A stretch of 64,000 bases of DNA from Camelus dromedarius (Eukaryota): the NCBI RefSeq assembly GCF_036321535.1, contig NC_087436.1:10788001-10852000 (forward strand), written 5' to 3'. The first letter of the stretch is position 1, and the number at the start of each line of letters is the position of its first letter. Under the pieces are notes generated by a model, which was not told the origin of the DNA, ran no database searches, and saw only the letters and a list, made by a program, of their open reading frames with translations. The position numbers were made by a program, and so were the translations under genes. This document shows positions 62,760 through 64,000 of the stretch, one piece after another.

Positions 62760-63510
62760 AATAAGGTATGCAGTCAAATTTCTACCCTGATAAAAATTTA
62801 CACAAGATTTTAAATATTTTAGCAGAAAAAAAACAATCATTGAAGAAATTATAGAAAGAAAACAAAACAGAATATAAAGATTTTTAAAAAGATAAGTGAA
62901 TAAATACATTATAAGAAATAGAAAAACAATAGAATTGATAAAGTAAGAGTTCTTTTGAAAGAACAATAAAACATGGCACCTCTGTCAAAACTACTAAAAA
63001 TAAATAAATAAAAGGTGTTAAAAATATAAATGAACATTTTTCAAAATGAGAGAAATTATATTTAAAATTCTGTAATAATAAAAGTATACATGCATAAATT
63101 GAACAGTTTTGGATAAATACACCAAATTTAATTAGGAAAAAATGAAAACTGAAATGGATAAAATATGCAAAAAGCAATTTAAAATTTTGTCAAAAAATTG
63201 CCACCAAAAATGTTCTTTGACACTGAGTTGCTTTGTCTTATCAAACTATCAATGAAGTAACTCCTGTATTTTTTAACTACTCCAGAATGCAGAAGACTAT
63301 AGAGTGCCTCTCTAATCACTGTATGTCATTAAAATTACCTTTATAGTAAGTACAATGAAAGAAACAAAATCACAGTTCCACAGACCAATCTTAGTTTTGA
63401 ATACAAATTAAAAATCCTAAATAGAATATTATCAAATTAAAACCAGCTTTGTATAGCATGAAGCAAATACCTAACTAAGTATGTATTATTCCAGAAATTT
63501 AAAAATAATT
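62760..63510 (+). mobile_element. Very old L1 ORF2 relic
   Basis: GAATTGATAAAGTAAGAGTTCTTTTGAAAGAACAATAAAA, CACAGACCAATCTT, AAAATCCTAAATAGAATATTATCAAATTAAAACCAGC. Confidence 0.6.
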
Positions 63511-63514
63511 TAAT

Positions 63515-64000
63515 CAGAATGGCCATCATTAAAAAGTTCACAAATGATAAATGCTGGAGAAGGTGTGGAGACAAGGAACCCTCCTACACTGCTGGTGGGA
63601 ATGTAGTCTGGTGCAGCCATTCTGGAAAACAGTATGGAGATTCCTCAAAAGACTAAAAATAAACTTAACCATATGATCCAGCGATCCCACTCCTGGGCAT
63701 ATATCCAGAGGGAACTCTAATTTGAAAAGACACCTGCACTCCAATGTTCATAGCAGCATTATTTACAATAGCCAAGACATGGAAACAACCTAAATGTCCA
63801 CTGACAGATGATGACTGGATAAAGAAGCTGTGGTATATTTATATAATGGAATACTACTTTGCCAGAAAAAAGAATAAAATAATGCCATTTGCAGCAACAT
63901 GGATTGACCTGGAGATCATCATTACAAGTGAAGTTAAGCCAGAAAGAGAAAAAGAAATACCAGATGATATCACTCATATGTGGAATCTAAAAGAAGAAGG
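63515..64000 (+). mobile_element. LINE-1 ORF2 end (runs off window)
   Basis: CAGAATGGCCATCATTAAAAAG..TAAATGCTGGAGAAGGTGTGGAG...CCAAGACATGGAAACAACCTAAATGTCCA. Confidence 0.95.

Noticed and set aside
1..64000. Host gene orientation inferred from plus-strand excess of L1/LTR insertions
   Set aside because: Counts are small and both orientations occur. The candidate exons also disagree in strand, so no gene model is supportable.

Overview
AT-rich, repeat-dense mammalian nuclear DNA (intergenic or deep intronic). The LINE-1 3' tails are artiodactyl-type and I see no Bov-tA/BovB, PRE-1 or CHR SINEs, so a camelid is my best guess (inference). I cannot support any known protein-coding gene, RNA gene or CRISPR array. 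Most ORFs in the track are decayed L1 ORF2 pieces, LTR read-through or chance. The window holds many L1 fragments, a cluster of about 10 ERV1-type LTRs plus one truncated provirus in the first 26.5 kb, MaLR/ERVL LTRs, a MER82 DNA transposon split by two solo LTRs, L2/MIR relics and simple repeats. The best second-look items are two probable L1 3' transductions bounded by target-site duplications (TSDs), a ~345-bp inverted LTR+leader pair, a possibly twin-primed L1, a Kozak-initiated 101-codon orphan ORF containing a hairpin, and three isolated exon-like segments. I found no convincing novel biological system. Repeat family names are from memory of consensus sequences and need RepeatMasker/Dfam confirmation.
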